Virus record (IMG/VR): IMGVR_UViG_3300042348_000540
Location: 1 to 48,151 of that record
Reading direction: 5' to 3' (one strand)
Source of the DNA: a virus
Taxonomy: Duplodnaviria; Caudoviricetes
Length of the DNA stretch: 48,151 bases
Both the position numbers and the translations under genes were made by a program. Positions 1-9,283 of this stretch are shown here, piece by piece. The notes under the pieces are model-generated. The model was not told the DNA's origin and ran no database searches. It saw only the letters and a list, made by a program, of their open reading frames with translations. Position 1 is the first letter of the stretch, and every line of letters starts with the position of its first letter.

Positions 1-40
1 GAAGCAGTTCCTTGAGAAGCTGTGCGCGTGAAATAGCCAT
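1..40 (-). CDS. Major capsid protein, N-terminal fragment (runs off the window edge)
   Basis: Reverse strand reads ATG GCT ATT TCA CGC GCA CAG CTT CTC AAG GAA CTG CTT = MAISRAQLLKELL, preceded by a strong SD (AAGGAGG). The N-terminus and position fit the major capsid gene of this phage type. Confidence 0.7.
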   Translation of the reverse strand, partial: MAISRAQLLKELL

Positions 41-54
41 CTTTCACAGCCTCC

Positions 55-693
55 TTAGCTGGCAGCCGTACCGGCAGAGCCGGTATTGCCGGTGCGGTGG
101 AAGTGCGTGTTGATACGCACGATCACGTCGGTGAACGCATCACCAATCTGGCTGGTCGTGCTGTTGACGAAGTCAACAATGCGAACCGGCAGAGTGTTGG
201 TCGTCGCGATGCTGGAGGCATCGAGGCCAACGCCAGAGTTGATGTTTACGCCGCTGCTGCCAGCAACCGTCTGGATCAGAGCCGCATTGCAGCCCAGAGC
301 CGTCTGACCGAGGCTGTCGTCAGCCTGCACCTGGAACAGAGCGTCCGGGTCATCCACGACATAAGCCTGGATGTCGGTCGCCGTGTTGCCAGCCGTATAG
401 TTCTGGCGGAACACCGTGCCGTAAACCGGATCGGTGAACGTGACGCCCACGAACACGCCGACATAACCAAAGCCACCACCCGTCGAGGTGATAGTCGCGG
501 CGGTCGTGGTGGCGTTGAAGCGCGCCAGAGTACCACGGGTCGAACCCGTGTTGGTGATGATCACCGGGTCGCCATACTGAATGTTCACGGCATAGCTAGC
601 GGGAATCGCATACTCGCGAGTCGAACCAGCATAGCCCTGACCACCCAGAAGGTTGATGGGACGAAGCCCATACGGGGAAGAGGTCGAAGCCAC
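55..693 (-). CDS. Virion head-associated structural protein (decoration/minor capsid-like)
   Basis: 212 aa, G/T/A-rich, PYGLRP N-terminus, directly upstream of the capsid gene. Confidence 0.6.
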   Translation of the reverse strand: MASTSSPYGLRPINLLGGQGYAGSTREYAIPASYAVNIQYGDPVIITNTGSTRGTLARFNATTTAATITSTGGGFGYVGVFVGVTFTDPVYGTVFRQNYTAGNTATDIQAYVVDDPDALFQVQADDSLGQTALGCNAALIQTVAGSSGVNINSGVGLDASSIATTNTLPVRIVDFVNSTTSQIGDAFTDVIVRINTHFHRTGNTGSAGTAAS

Positions 694-739
694 TTTCCGT
701 TACCTTTCCATGTGGGGTTGGGAGATATGGCCCAAAGAA

Positions 740-1195
740 TTATTCCCTGGGACCACGACCAAACGTGGTCCTCGAAGACCGCTCCGGACGAAGGACCGGC
801 ATACGAGGATCGCTCTCGCGCATCAGATTGTTGTCCACGCTGTCCATCTGCTGTTGCGCCATATTCCCATAGTAAGCCGCACGCTGCCGCACGACTTCCT
901 CCGGAATCTTACACAGAAGGAGACCACCGACTTCGATGTTGCCCTTAAAGCGACTGTCTTTGTCGGCTGCCAGCATCAGTTCAGGATGATCTTCGGCACG
1001 AACAGGCACATAGCCCTCGCGTAACTGCTTGCTGACATTGGTGTTGTCCACCGAGTTCATCATGCTCGTGCGGACCCAGCGGAAGACATACCCCGGCTCA
1101 GGCTTAGGATCAGGAAGGATCGAAGGGGGGCGCCAAGAAGTCGGGCGAATCTGCTGTTCGCGCGTTTCAAGGTCGCGGGGGGTGCGGTCAGCCAT
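740..1195 (-). CDS. Conserved phage head-module hypothetical protein
   Basis: 151 aa with the motifs WRPPSILP, FRWVR and GGLLLCKIP; coupled to the upstream gene. Confidence 0.6.
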   Translation of the reverse strand: MADRTPRDLETREQQIRPTSWRPPSILPDPKPEPGYVFRWVRTSMMNSVDNTNVSKQLREGYVPVRAEDHPELMLAADKDSRFKGNIEVGGLLLCKIPEEVVRQRAAYYGNMAQQQMDSVDNNLMRESDPRMPVLRPERSSRTTFGRGPRE

Positions 1196-2102
1196 GACCG
1201 TAATCCTTCAGATACTGAGCAACGTATTGCTCGGGGGTAAGGCCGAATCTCTTGGCTAGCGAAACCTGAGACGGCGTGAGACGCACTGTGCGGTTGGTCT
1301 TGGTGCTACGAGTAGCGGGAGCGACCACCGATGCCACCTTAGCCGTCGCGTCAATTTCCGGCTCAGGTTTCTGGAAGTACTCGGGGAAACGGCGCTGAAC
1401 GCGCTGCGTGATTTCCTCGTAGTACTTATCACCACGCGGGTCGAGCTTATGCTCTCGGATCAGCATATCGCTGACAGCATAGGCGTAACCCGTCATCTCC
1501 TTCTCAAGCTCGTTCTGCCCCTCGAACCAGGAATTACGCCCGGCCCACTCGACGGCCTTTGCATCCGGCTGAGGACGAACTTGGGGAATCTCATACTGCG
1601 GCTCGGGCAGAGCAACCGGCTTGTAGTTCGCATACCGATCATGCTCATTCACGAAACGCTGAAGCTGCTCCTGATAGTCCAGGAACTTGTCGGTCTCGCC
1701 AGCCTCGAACGCTTCCTTCATCAGCCTCTTGGTGGCGCTGATGTCAGACTCGGCACGAGCCTTGGCTTGATCGGCAGCAAACTTCTCCGTGTTACCGGCG
1801 AGTTCGCGGTACTTCTTGTTCTCTTCAGCAAGGCGCTGGGCAAGCTGAATTGCCTCGTCGCGTTCCTTGGCGGCAAGCTCCTTGGCTCGCCGCTCGGCGT
1901 TGCTCTTGAAGGAAAGCTCCTTCAGGCGCTGCTTCCAAGACTCACGGTAGTTGGCGATCTCGTCGTCTTTTACCGTGATGTCGTCGTCGTTATCGGTGAC
2001 CTCCGGGGCAATCGCTTTGCCGCGATCCTCGTCCGGGGTGTCATCCACAATTTCGACGGTGAAGTCCTCGTCGGACTCTTCAGCCTTCCGGGTCGCGCTC
2101 AT
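1188..2102 (-). CDS. Capsid scaffolding-like protein
   Basis: Acidic N-terminus, long coiled coil and C-terminal LTPSQVSLAKRFGLTPEQY; lies between portal and capsid genes. Confidence 0.6.
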   Translation of the reverse strand: MSATRKAEESDEDFTVEIVDDTPDEDRGKAIAPEVTDNDDDITVKDDEIANYRESWKQRLKELSFKSNAERRAKELAAKERDEAIQLAQRLAEENKKYRELAGNTEKFAADQAKARAESDISATKRLMKEAFEAGETDKFLDYQEQLQRFVNEHDRYANYKPVALPEPQYEIPQVRPQPDAKAVEWAGRNSWFEGQNELEKEMTGYAYAVSDMLIREHKLDPRGDKYYEEITQRVQRRFPEYFQKPEPEIDATAKVASVVAPATRSTKTNRTVRLTPSQVSLAKRFGLTPEQYVAQYLKDYGHG

Positions 2103-2479
2103 GCCCGTGCAATCCCACGCGGGTCTTCAACAACACCCTCGACAGTATCATCATTGATGATCCGGAACTCCCGGCCATGAATCTTGATACGGGTGCCGCT
2201 GTAAGCACGGAACAAAACCCAATCCCCTTCCTTGCACCAAGCGCCATCCGGGAACTTGGCAGGGTCTTTATAGGCGAGTGACCCCATCTTTAGGACGAAG
2301 CCAACAACAGTTGCAAGAGATTCCTTTTCCCGCACCTGTTCCGGCAAGTAGATGCCAGAGTCCGTCTTTTCCTCAAGCTCAGGAAGAGCAATCAGAAGCT
2401 TGAAGCCAGCCGGTTGAGGAAGCTGAGTTGCCCCTCGAACAGCATCTCCGTCCGGCATCTTGATATCAACGTTAAGCAT
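2099..2479 (-). CDS. groES: GroES/Cpn10-like co-chaperonin
   Basis: P.GFKLLI...EEKTDSGIYLP (mobile loop)...G.VLKMG...KEGDWVLF..YSGT.I...G.EFRIINDD.V.GVV. Confidence 0.85.
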   Translation of the reverse strand: MLNVDIKMPDGDAVRGATQLPQPAGFKLLIALPELEEKTDSGIYLPEQVREKESLATVVGFVLKMGSLAYKDPAKFPDGAWCKEGDWVLFRAYSGTRIKIHGREFRIINDDTVEGVVEDPRGIARA

Positions 2480-2537
2480 GGTAGTCCTTTGAGCGCACTG
2501 TTAGGGTCGTGCGATACCCTGCACCCACAATGGGCGA

Positions 2538-2741
2538 TTAGTCCTGCCGACTGAGGCGTTCCTCTAGGTCAAGCAGTTCTCTTTCGGCTTTCGCCAAACC
2601 CTCAATAACACCAACCTGATGCCGATAATCGGCCCAGTCAACCACACCGCCAGTAGCAATGTGGTCTGCGTGGATGTTCATCATCTCCCGGAATTTCTGA
2701 CGAAGAAACTCCAGGACGTTTTCCTCGGAAGCTGGCATCAC
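2538..2741 (-). CDS. Small hypothetical protein
   Basis: 67 aa, overlaps the portal stop; D...YR..VG.I.GL motif. Confidence 0.6.
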   Translation of the reverse strand: MMPASEENVLEFLRQKFREMMNIHADHIATGGVVDWADYRHQVGVIEGLAKAERELLDLEERLSRQD

Positions 2742-5179
2742 TTGCCCTTCATCAGATCAGCGCCAAGACGCATGGCGTCGAGCTTGATCTTTGCGTTGTC
2801 GTAGTCGCCACGCTGGTCATTGGACTGCTTCTGGGACATTGCCTTGATCCCGGCATTGACCCCAGCAATCCGCTCCTGAGAGGCGATCCGCTCAAGTTCA
2901 ATCTGCTGCTGACGCTGACGCGCCATCTGGTCGGCGCGATCCTTGAGCGTCTTCCTCTGGATTTCAGCCGCCTTGTTCTGGGCGTCCTGCATCTGAGCCT
3001 GGACAACAGGGTCCTGCATCTTCTGCTGGATTTCCTGCATCTGGGCTTCGGCTTGGTCCTTCTGGAGAAGCTTGCCAGCCGCGTCTGCAATCAGCTTGGA
3101 GAGGGCAACCTCAATGTCTTCGGGCAGATGTTCGTCAGGCGGCGGCAGTTCGACGCCAAGCTGATCCTCGATCTCACGGCGATACTGGAATCCAATATGC
3201 TCTGCGATGTGAGCCATCGCCGCTGCCTGGATTGCAGACGCCTGGGGCGACTGCCCCACAAGCTGAAGAATCTTCGGGTCCTGCATCGCGGCCATGTGGA
3301 CCTTAATGTGGGCTTCGTGATCTTGGTACAGAAACGCCTTCACGGGCTTACCAGACAGGATCGCCATGTTCTCAGAGACAGGGTCCATCGGCTTCTTCTC
3401 ATCCGTGCTAGGGATGATCTTACCGGGGTCCTGAATGCCAAGGACAGTCAGCATCTGTCGATGAAGCTCGGGCAGATCGTACATCTGTGGGGCCTGAGCG
3501 GCCAACTGAAGCGCCGCCTGATACTGAACCACTCGCTGCGACAGAGAGGCAGCATTCGGGTCGGTGACGGGGATGACATCAATTCTGCCATCATAATCAT
3601 CGGTGCGAGTCGCACCCATGTCCGTCTCGTATTCGTAGTTACCCTTCATGTGGACGCGGATGATATCCACCAGAAGATCAAGCTCGTGCTTCATCGAGGC
3701 ATGAAGACGCGCCTGCACGGCAGACATCACCTTCATCGCTCGCTCCATCAGAGCCAGCGTCGTTCCAACGGGGGCGCTCTGGTTGGCGTCACCAATCTGA
3801 AGATCAGCAATCGACGCAAAGCGACGGCCTTCCTCAACCAGCGTACCCAGGAGGCCAGCGAGAACCTGAGACGGCTCCTTGTAGGGCAGGAAGGTGATGT
3901 TGTCCTTAATGGCTCCGGACGAGATATCCACGTCCCGGAACTCGCCCGGCATCAGGGGCGTGCTGTCGCCTTTGATCCGAAGGCCGCGAGACTTCAGGCC
4001 AGCAGGAAGGTTGGCCAGCGTGCCCGCATCCACAAGCTGACGCAGGATCGACGTAGCAGACTTGGCAATGCCGCCGACGAGATGAATCAGACCGAACGGG
4101 TAGAAGCCGAAACCAGGGATATACCCATACTGGACGAAGTGCTGACGCTTCAGCTTCAGTTCGTCGTCCTGCTTCCAGTTCCGGTAGATCGACAGGATCA
4201 CGCCCGTCGAACGCTCGACCGTCACGACATAGGGAAGAGCGATGCCGGTCGGCTCGCCATCCTTGCCCACGTCCTCGTAGCCAGGAAGATCGAGATCGAT
4301 GTGCATCTCCAGCAGCATGTGCCGGTCATCGGTATCGATCTGCTCTTCACCAGCCAGCTTGTCCTTGGTGCGTTGAATCTCGTTCCTGTCAGGAACGGGC
4401 TGAGAGAGATCAACGTCCCGATAGAAGCCCATGACCTGAAGCTTCCGAATCTCGTTCGGGTGCTTCCGCATGATATGCGTATAGCGATTGGCGGTCTGGA
4501 GATCGGATGCCCCATAAGGGGCAACAAAGTCCTCAGCCGGGACATAGATCGACGCCGGGCGACCCAGTGTCGGGTCGAAGTACACCTTCTTGAATGCTGC
4601 CCCAGCCAACGGAAGAGCGAACAGCATCCGCTCATGCTCGTTCCTGTACTCGGACATCTTCTCGGTCAGGATGTAGTTCAGGTCATTCTTGACCCGCAGA
4701 GCCTGCCGCTCGCGCTCAGGAGTAATCCTGCCCACAATCTTGGTCTTCACGGGACCCCCAGCAGGGAAGGTCTCCATGATAGCCTGCGACTGGAAGCGAA
4801 CTGCTGCCTCAGAGAGAATGGGATGGAAGACGCCGCACGCGCCCGGCCAGGGGCTAGAGCGGTCCTCGATCTTCAGTCCGAGGAGGTCGAGGCCCTTCTT
4901 GTATGTGTCTTCCCAATCTTCCCTGGAGCGGCTGTCAGATTCAAAATCATCCAGGAGTTCATGGCCCAGAGCGCCAAGGTCGCTCGGGTCCATGTGTTCA
5001 GCCAGATTGTCATGGAACCCCGGCATCATCTCTTGGGAAAGCTCAGGCCCAAGAATGACCAGAGCGCCACCGTCTTCCGTCTCAATCGAGACAGCATCCG
5101 GATTCAGAATCTCAACCTCAAGGCCGCTGTCGGAGGGATTACCCAGCGGGTTCATCGCTTTATCAACAGCCACGGCCAA
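2738..5179 (-). CDS. Portal protein
   Basis: 813 aa directly downstream of TerL; PWPGAC.VFHP, GFYPFGLIH and LRQLVDAGTLANLP motifs; Q-rich coiled C-terminus. Confidence 0.85.
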   Translation of the reverse strand: MAVAVDKAMNPLGNPSDSGLEVEILNPDAVSIETEDGGALVILGPELSQEMMPGFHDNLAEHMDPSDLGALGHELLDDFESDSRSREDWEDTYKKGLDLLGLKIEDRSSPWPGACGVFHPILSEAAVRFQSQAIMETFPAGGPVKTKIVGRITPERERQALRVKNDLNYILTEKMSEYRNEHERMLFALPLAGAAFKKVYFDPTLGRPASIYVPAEDFVAPYGASDLQTANRYTHIMRKHPNEIRKLQVMGFYRDVDLSQPVPDRNEIQRTKDKLAGEEQIDTDDRHMLLEMHIDLDLPGYEDVGKDGEPTGIALPYVVTVERSTGVILSIYRNWKQDDELKLKRQHFVQYGYIPGFGFYPFGLIHLVGGIAKSATSILRQLVDAGTLANLPAGLKSRGLRIKGDSTPLMPGEFRDVDISSGAIKDNITFLPYKEPSQVLAGLLGTLVEEGRRFASIADLQIGDANQSAPVGTTLALMERAMKVMSAVQARLHASMKHELDLLVDIIRVHMKGNYEYETDMGATRTDDYDGRIDVIPVTDPNAASLSQRVVQYQAALQLAAQAPQMYDLPELHRQMLTVLGIQDPGKIIPSTDEKKPMDPVSENMAILSGKPVKAFLYQDHEAHIKVHMAAMQDPKILQLVGQSPQASAIQAAAMAHIAEHIGFQYRREIEDQLGVELPPPDEHLPEDIEVALSKLIADAAGKLLQKDQAEAQMQEIQQKMQDPVVQAQMQDAQNKAAEIQRKTLKDRADQMARQRQQQIELERIASQERIAGVNAGIKAMSQKQSNDQRGDYDNAKIKLDAMRLGADLMKGK

Positions 5180-5184
5180 TCCCC

Positions 5185-6693
5185 TCAGTAATAATCTGCA
5201 CGACGCGGAAGCTCAGGCTCATCATCATAGTCAGACGGCAGTCGGACGAAACCACCCTGCCTGTATCTCATGAGAGCCATAATCACCGCGTCAACATAGT
5301 CATCGTGAGCCCCATTCGGGAAAGAGGCGCATTCCTCAATAACCTCATCGGCCCATCGCGTCTCGGGCGCCCACACTATACCAGAGGCAAACATATCGCT
5401 AACGCTATTTGCCCGCATGATCTTGTCGCCGGAAGCTCGCGTCGGGGTAAACTCCGACACAGGAATCCCAATCTGACGAAGCTCATGGATCAGAGGCAAG
5501 CCCGAAGCCTTGCCTTCGACCAGCATCGTATCCGGCTGCCACTCCTTATAGACCTCCAGAGCCCGCTGCTTCAGGTCCGGGAACTCCAGACGATCCTTAA
5601 AGGCGTCGAGGAGAATAATATTCTGCCCCTCGACTCCAGAATCATTCACCTTGTTAAACACGCCCCAGACAGTGAAGGCGCTGTAGTCCGAGCGATTGTT
5701 CTTGGTGAAGGCGGTGTCGGCAGATATGATGATGTATTCGCACTCGGGCGGGCGGCCCCGATCCCAACGCTTCCACCACTCTCTCTTGAGAATGGCTCCC
5801 TCAGCATTGGTCGGCTGCTGCTGATACTGAGCATTCCACTTGTGGGCGGGCAGTTCTGACTTCAGCGCCTGAAGCGCCTCGATCTTCCAGAACTGGGGCC
5901 ACAGAGAGTTTCCCGATGGCAGAATGGCGGGAAGCTCAATGACCTCCCACTCAGACTCCCCATCTCCCCGATCCATTGATGTCTGAATCAGACGGCCTGT
6001 CAGGTCTCGCTTGCCCCATCGAGTCATAACAATCACGATGCGGGCATCCGGCTGAAGGCGCTGCCGAGGACCGGACGTGTACCAGTCGAACGCCTTGTCG
6101 TAGATCGCAGGATCATGAGCGGCCAGAATGGCCTCTTGCTCCGTGTGCGGGTCATCAATGATGAAGAGGTCCGCACCCTTACCGGCAATCGCACCACCAA
6201 CACCCACGGCAAAGTACTCGCCGCCCTTGTTGGTCGCCCAGCGACCGGATGCCTTGGAGTCAGACTGAAGCTCTACGTCTGGAAAGATTTTCTGGAAGTC
6301 TTCAGTGTCCAGAAGGTTCCGGACCTTCCGACCAAAGTTCACTGCCAACTCAGCCGTGTGGGTGGCCTGGATGATCTTCTTGTCCGGGAAGTTCCCCATG
6401 AACCAAGCAGGCAGGAGGAAAGACGCAAACTCCGACTTCGTGTGTCGGGGCGGCATGTTGATGATGAGCCGCTTGCAGTCTCCGAAGAGAACCTTCTCGA
6501 AGGCTTCTGCCATGATCTTGTGGTGGGCGCCGTCGATAAAGCCCGGCCACATCTGTCGGACGAACGCCAGAAACTTCTTCCTGGAAGCCTCCCGGCCCTT
6601 GGCCAGTTCCAATTTCTCCACAAGCCTTAGCAGTTCTACCTGCTCAGACTCGGGAAGCTCTTTGATCTTGGGCAGAATGTCTTCGAGGTTCAC
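5185..6693 (-). CDS. terL: Terminase large subunit
   Basis: Walker A-like MPPRHTKSE, Walker B IIDDP, VMTRW coupling motif, RNase H-like domain (SADTA...HDDYVDA). Confidence 0.95.
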   Translation of the reverse strand: MNLEDILPKIKELPESEQVELLRLVEKLELAKGREASRKKFLAFVRQMWPGFIDGAHHKIMAEAFEKVLFGDCKRLIINMPPRHTKSEFASFLLPAWFMGNFPDKKIIQATHTAELAVNFGRKVRNLLDTEDFQKIFPDVELQSDSKASGRWATNKGGEYFAVGVGGAIAGKGADLFIIDDPHTEQEAILAAHDPAIYDKAFDWYTSGPRQRLQPDARIVIVMTRWGKRDLTGRLIQTSMDRGDGESEWEVIELPAILPSGNSLWPQFWKIEALQALKSELPAHKWNAQYQQQPTNAEGAILKREWWKRWDRGRPPECEYIIISADTAFTKNNRSDYSAFTVWGVFNKVNDSGVEGQNIILLDAFKDRLEFPDLKQRALEVYKEWQPDTMLVEGKASGLPLIHELRQIGIPVSEFTPTRASGDKIMRANSVSDMFASGIVWAPETRWADEVIEECASFPNGAHDDYVDAVIMALMRYRQGGFVRLPSDYDDEPELPRRADYY

Positions 6694-6694
6694 G

Positions 6695-6720
6695 AAAAAA
6701 GGCCCCCATTGCTGGGGGCC
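6695..6720 (-). terminator. Intrinsic terminator-like hairpin just upstream of terL
   Basis: Minus strand GGCCCCCA-GCAA-TGGGGGCC followed by TTTTTT. Confidence 0.7.
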
Positions 6721-6808
6721 AAGTCACACTCACGGAGAGACTGAACCGTCAGACGACGGAGGTCCGAGCCCATTCCATCAAATACTGCCCCAAGGGTCAA
6801 GGAAATCA

Positions 6809-7057
6809 TCAAGCGGCCTTCTCAATGACAGCGAGCGAACGCGCTCGCCTTGGCAGAAGTTCCAGATGGCCGCGCTCAACGAGCGCATCAATCATCCGCT
6901 TCACACCAGACTTGGACGCAATGCCAACTGACTCACCAATCTCCTGATAGGATGGTGAGTAACCCTTCTCAGCACAATACTTTTTCACAAACTCCAGCAC
7001 CAAATGCTGCTTCATGGTCACGCCAAGTTTGCCCGAAGGGTATTTCCTGCCCGACAT
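6809..7057 (-). CDS. LexA-type winged-helix DNA-binding protein with no protease domain
   Basis: KQ..VLEFV..Y....GYSPSYQEIGESVGIASKSGV.R.I.AL.ERG.L...PRRARSL. Start placed at ATG 7057; the ORF extends to 7099. Confidence 0.85.
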   Translation of the reverse strand: MSGRKYPSGKLGVTMKQHLVLEFVKKYCAEKGYSPSYQEIGESVGIASKSGVKRMIDALVERGHLELLPRRARSLAVIEKAA

Positions 7058-7058
7058 C

Positions 7059-7325
7059 CTACTTACCCTTTGCCTTGATAAGCAAACCCATATGTCCATC
7101 GGCCAAACGCTTCTGAGACATCAGAATGTGCCCATCCCGATGAAGACCCCTGGCGTCAGGCACGCTCACAACAGCATCCGGGATAGAGACCCAGCGAGAA
7201 AAGCCAGCGCCATGAACCCCAGAGTACTGAGACTCGGCAATCAACGTCCACGTCTCCGGTATCTTCATCCTAGGCTTCCCCAAACCTTCGGAACAAAGCA
7301 TATCCAAAGCCGTGACTAAGCGCAA
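7059..7325 (-). CDS. Hypothetical protein
   Basis: 88 aa ORF abutting the LexA-like gene on the same strand; start uncertain. Confidence 0.45.
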   Translation of the reverse strand: MRLVTALDMLCSEGLGKPRMKIPETWTLIAESQYSGVHGAGFSRWVSIPDAVVSVPDARGLHRDGHILMSQKRLADGHMGLLIKAKGK

Positions 7326-7729
7326 TTCTGCCCCAGAACCAAGGAGCGAGCGCCATCTTAGGTAGAATGAGGGAGCCAGAAATGGGTCAAAACCCCGGCA
7401 AAAGCCAACCAGAGGGGGAAATCAGCCGTTTTTGCGATATCCCCGGCCTGGGTATGGGACCCAAAAAGGGAAGGGGGTGGGTCTCTGGGGAGAGAATGGC
7501 TGAGGAGGGGTGGGGAAATGAAGGGGGAGGAGGCTATCAAAGGTTATGGGATCGTTGGAGTGGAATAGTATGTATAGGCGGGCGGGTACGCGATGCTCGA
7601 ACGGGGGTGTGCCCGGTGGGTGGGGTCAGCAGGACCGGCCTTTCATCACCGCCCGGCCTGCCAAGCCCCTGTTTTTCCCCGTTTTAGACCGCAACCTCCA
7701 CCTCGCGCGATCTATCTAGACCGGCAGCC

Positions 7730-8293
7730 TCAGCCCGCCTTTGCCAGCATGGCCCTAAGCTTGGCCTCTAGCGTGGCGGCTAGGTCAGCCGGTGCAGCCT
7801 CTGCCGGTTCAGTGGCAACCCGTTCACGGAAGGCGCCGACAACATCCAGCTTGCCCAGTAGCTCAAGGGCGCGAACCCTGGCGGCGGGCGGGCTATCGGG
7901 ATCGGTTGACTCAGCGTGCAAGCGTTCGATGACGTGTTGCCTGATCCGGGCGGCATCAAGCGATGTTTTCGCCTGCCTTTCCATAACTAGCTGGTTAACC
8001 CTTGCGGCGATCACGGGGTTTGCCATGAGGCGGCAAGCCTCGGCATGGACAGTGGCCGGTGCCATGTTGGCGGCGTCATATGCGGCCCGGTAGGACACTG
8101 CGAGGGTTTCGCCACGGGACCCGACGCCTTGTGCAAAAGCCTCTTGCTTGGCGGTCAATCCGTTTGCGTCTTTGCCTTGCCCATTGGCCAGGGGGACGAC
8201 AACCCTATCGGGGGATGCTGCCACAACACGAAGGGCAGGGGGTTTGCGCTTACGCTTCGTCTTCTCTCCCCTAGGCTTATCGGACACGGCCAC
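7730..8293 (-). CDS. terS: Terminase small subunit-like protein
   Basis: LTAKQEAFAQ...YRAAY.A......A.RLMANP.IAARV..L HTH pattern and RALELLGK motif. Confidence 0.75.
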   Translation of the reverse strand: MAVSDKPRGEKTKRKRKPPALRVVAASPDRVVVPLANGQGKDANGLTAKQEAFAQGVGSRGETLAVSYRAAYDAANMAPATVHAEACRLMANPVIAARVNQLVMERQAKTSLDAARIRQHVIERLHAESTDPDSPPAARVRALELLGKLDVVGAFRERVATEPAEAAPADLAATLEAKLRAMLAKAG

Positions 8294-8528
8294 CTCAAGG
8301 CGGCTTGCGCCGCTTGCTTCAGGAACAAACCGGGAACGCTCTCAGCTCCCCGATCTTGCCGCCCTATGCGGCCCGGCCATCCTACCAGCACGCCGGGGCA
8401 GCACACAACAAAACGATGGCGCAACCATAGGTCTAACCCATTGAGACATCGCACAACGCATTGATGTGGATCGTAACCCGTTGAAATCGCACCATGAAAA
8501 AAAATATCAGACAGGCGTCTTTTTTGTG

Positions 8529-8557
8529 TTGACCCGTCCGAAGCGCACCTTTAGAAG
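8529..8557 (+). promoter_or_regulatory. Sigma70-like promoter for the early region
   Basis: TTGACC-17 bp-TAGAAG with upstream A- and T-tracts, in the divergent intergenic region. Confidence 0.5.
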
Positions 8558-8569
8558 CATCTCCAGGCA

Positions 8570-8980
8570 CGGACCACCTCACGGAGGACCCCGGCGCCAC
8601 CGCTCTCTGAAACAGTGAATAAGGGCACAAGCATGATGGGCGGCTAGCAACCGCCCCCATGCAGAGAGCCACCACCGGATAGCGCAATCGGTCAGCAGCA
8701 GCGCGATAATCTACACGGGCAGGGCGTTCCTGTCCCGGAGTAGGGACCCGAGTAAACATGACAACTCAGCCTAGGGGGCAGACATAAGCGCGCCGACACA
8801 AGATCGTGAGCCGGTCGCCCTAGGTGGTAGGGAGCAATTGAGCCGCCCGAGACGTAAGCGCGCCGCCCGCATGGGCGTGAGCCGGTCAAGGGTGGCGCTG
8901 CACCGGGGGTCATGTGGTCCGGCGGGGATGCGTCCCCGCCTGCACCGGCAGCCTGCCGCATCGCGCGGCGCGCTGCTGAT
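8570..8980 (+). ncRNA. Candidate large structured RNA or leader
   Basis: Multiple nested complementary segments and a duplicated internal motif; no convincing ORF (see findings). Confidence 0.45.
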
Positions 8981-8995
8981 GCAGAGGATCAGAAC

Positions 8996-9232
8996 ATGGA
9001 CGGCAAGAAGATCGTTCAAGATATCCGCCACGCTGAACGCTGCCTGAAAGAGGCACGCAAGGCGCTGAGGGACGGAAATAGCGAGGCGCTACTTCAACGC
9101 CTCTCCCTAGTGGCACAATACGCCGCCCTAGCAGCGCACAACATGCCGGAAGATCAACCGGGCGTGCAAACACTGAGGGAAGCATGGAGCCCGGCCAGCA
9201 GGGCATGCGATGAGTCAATGAAATGGAGATAG
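8996..9232 (+). CDS. Hypothetical protein (early)
   Basis: SD AGAGGA before ATG 8996; MDGKKIVQDIRHAE... Confidence 0.6.
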   Translation: MDGKKIVQDIRHAERCLKEARKALRDGNSEALLQRLSLVAQYAALAAHNMPEDQPGVQTLREAWSPASRACDESMKWR

Positions 9233-9283
9233 CGGCCAGCCAGAGGCTGGTGCGCCCGGAACCGTAGGACAACGGAGGGAAAC

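Noticed and set aside
3053-5191. Long antisense ORFs (3053-5191, 31371-33116, 35685-37133, 39642-40802 and similar)
   Set aside because: Shadow frames opposite well-supported genes in GC-rich DNA, with no recognisable motifs
8770-8900. Known self-cleaving ribozyme (twister, hammerhead, pistol) in the duplicated motif
   Set aside because: UAA and GCCGGUC are suggestive, but I could not place the remaining consensus elements or pseudoknots; kept only as an unknown structured RNA
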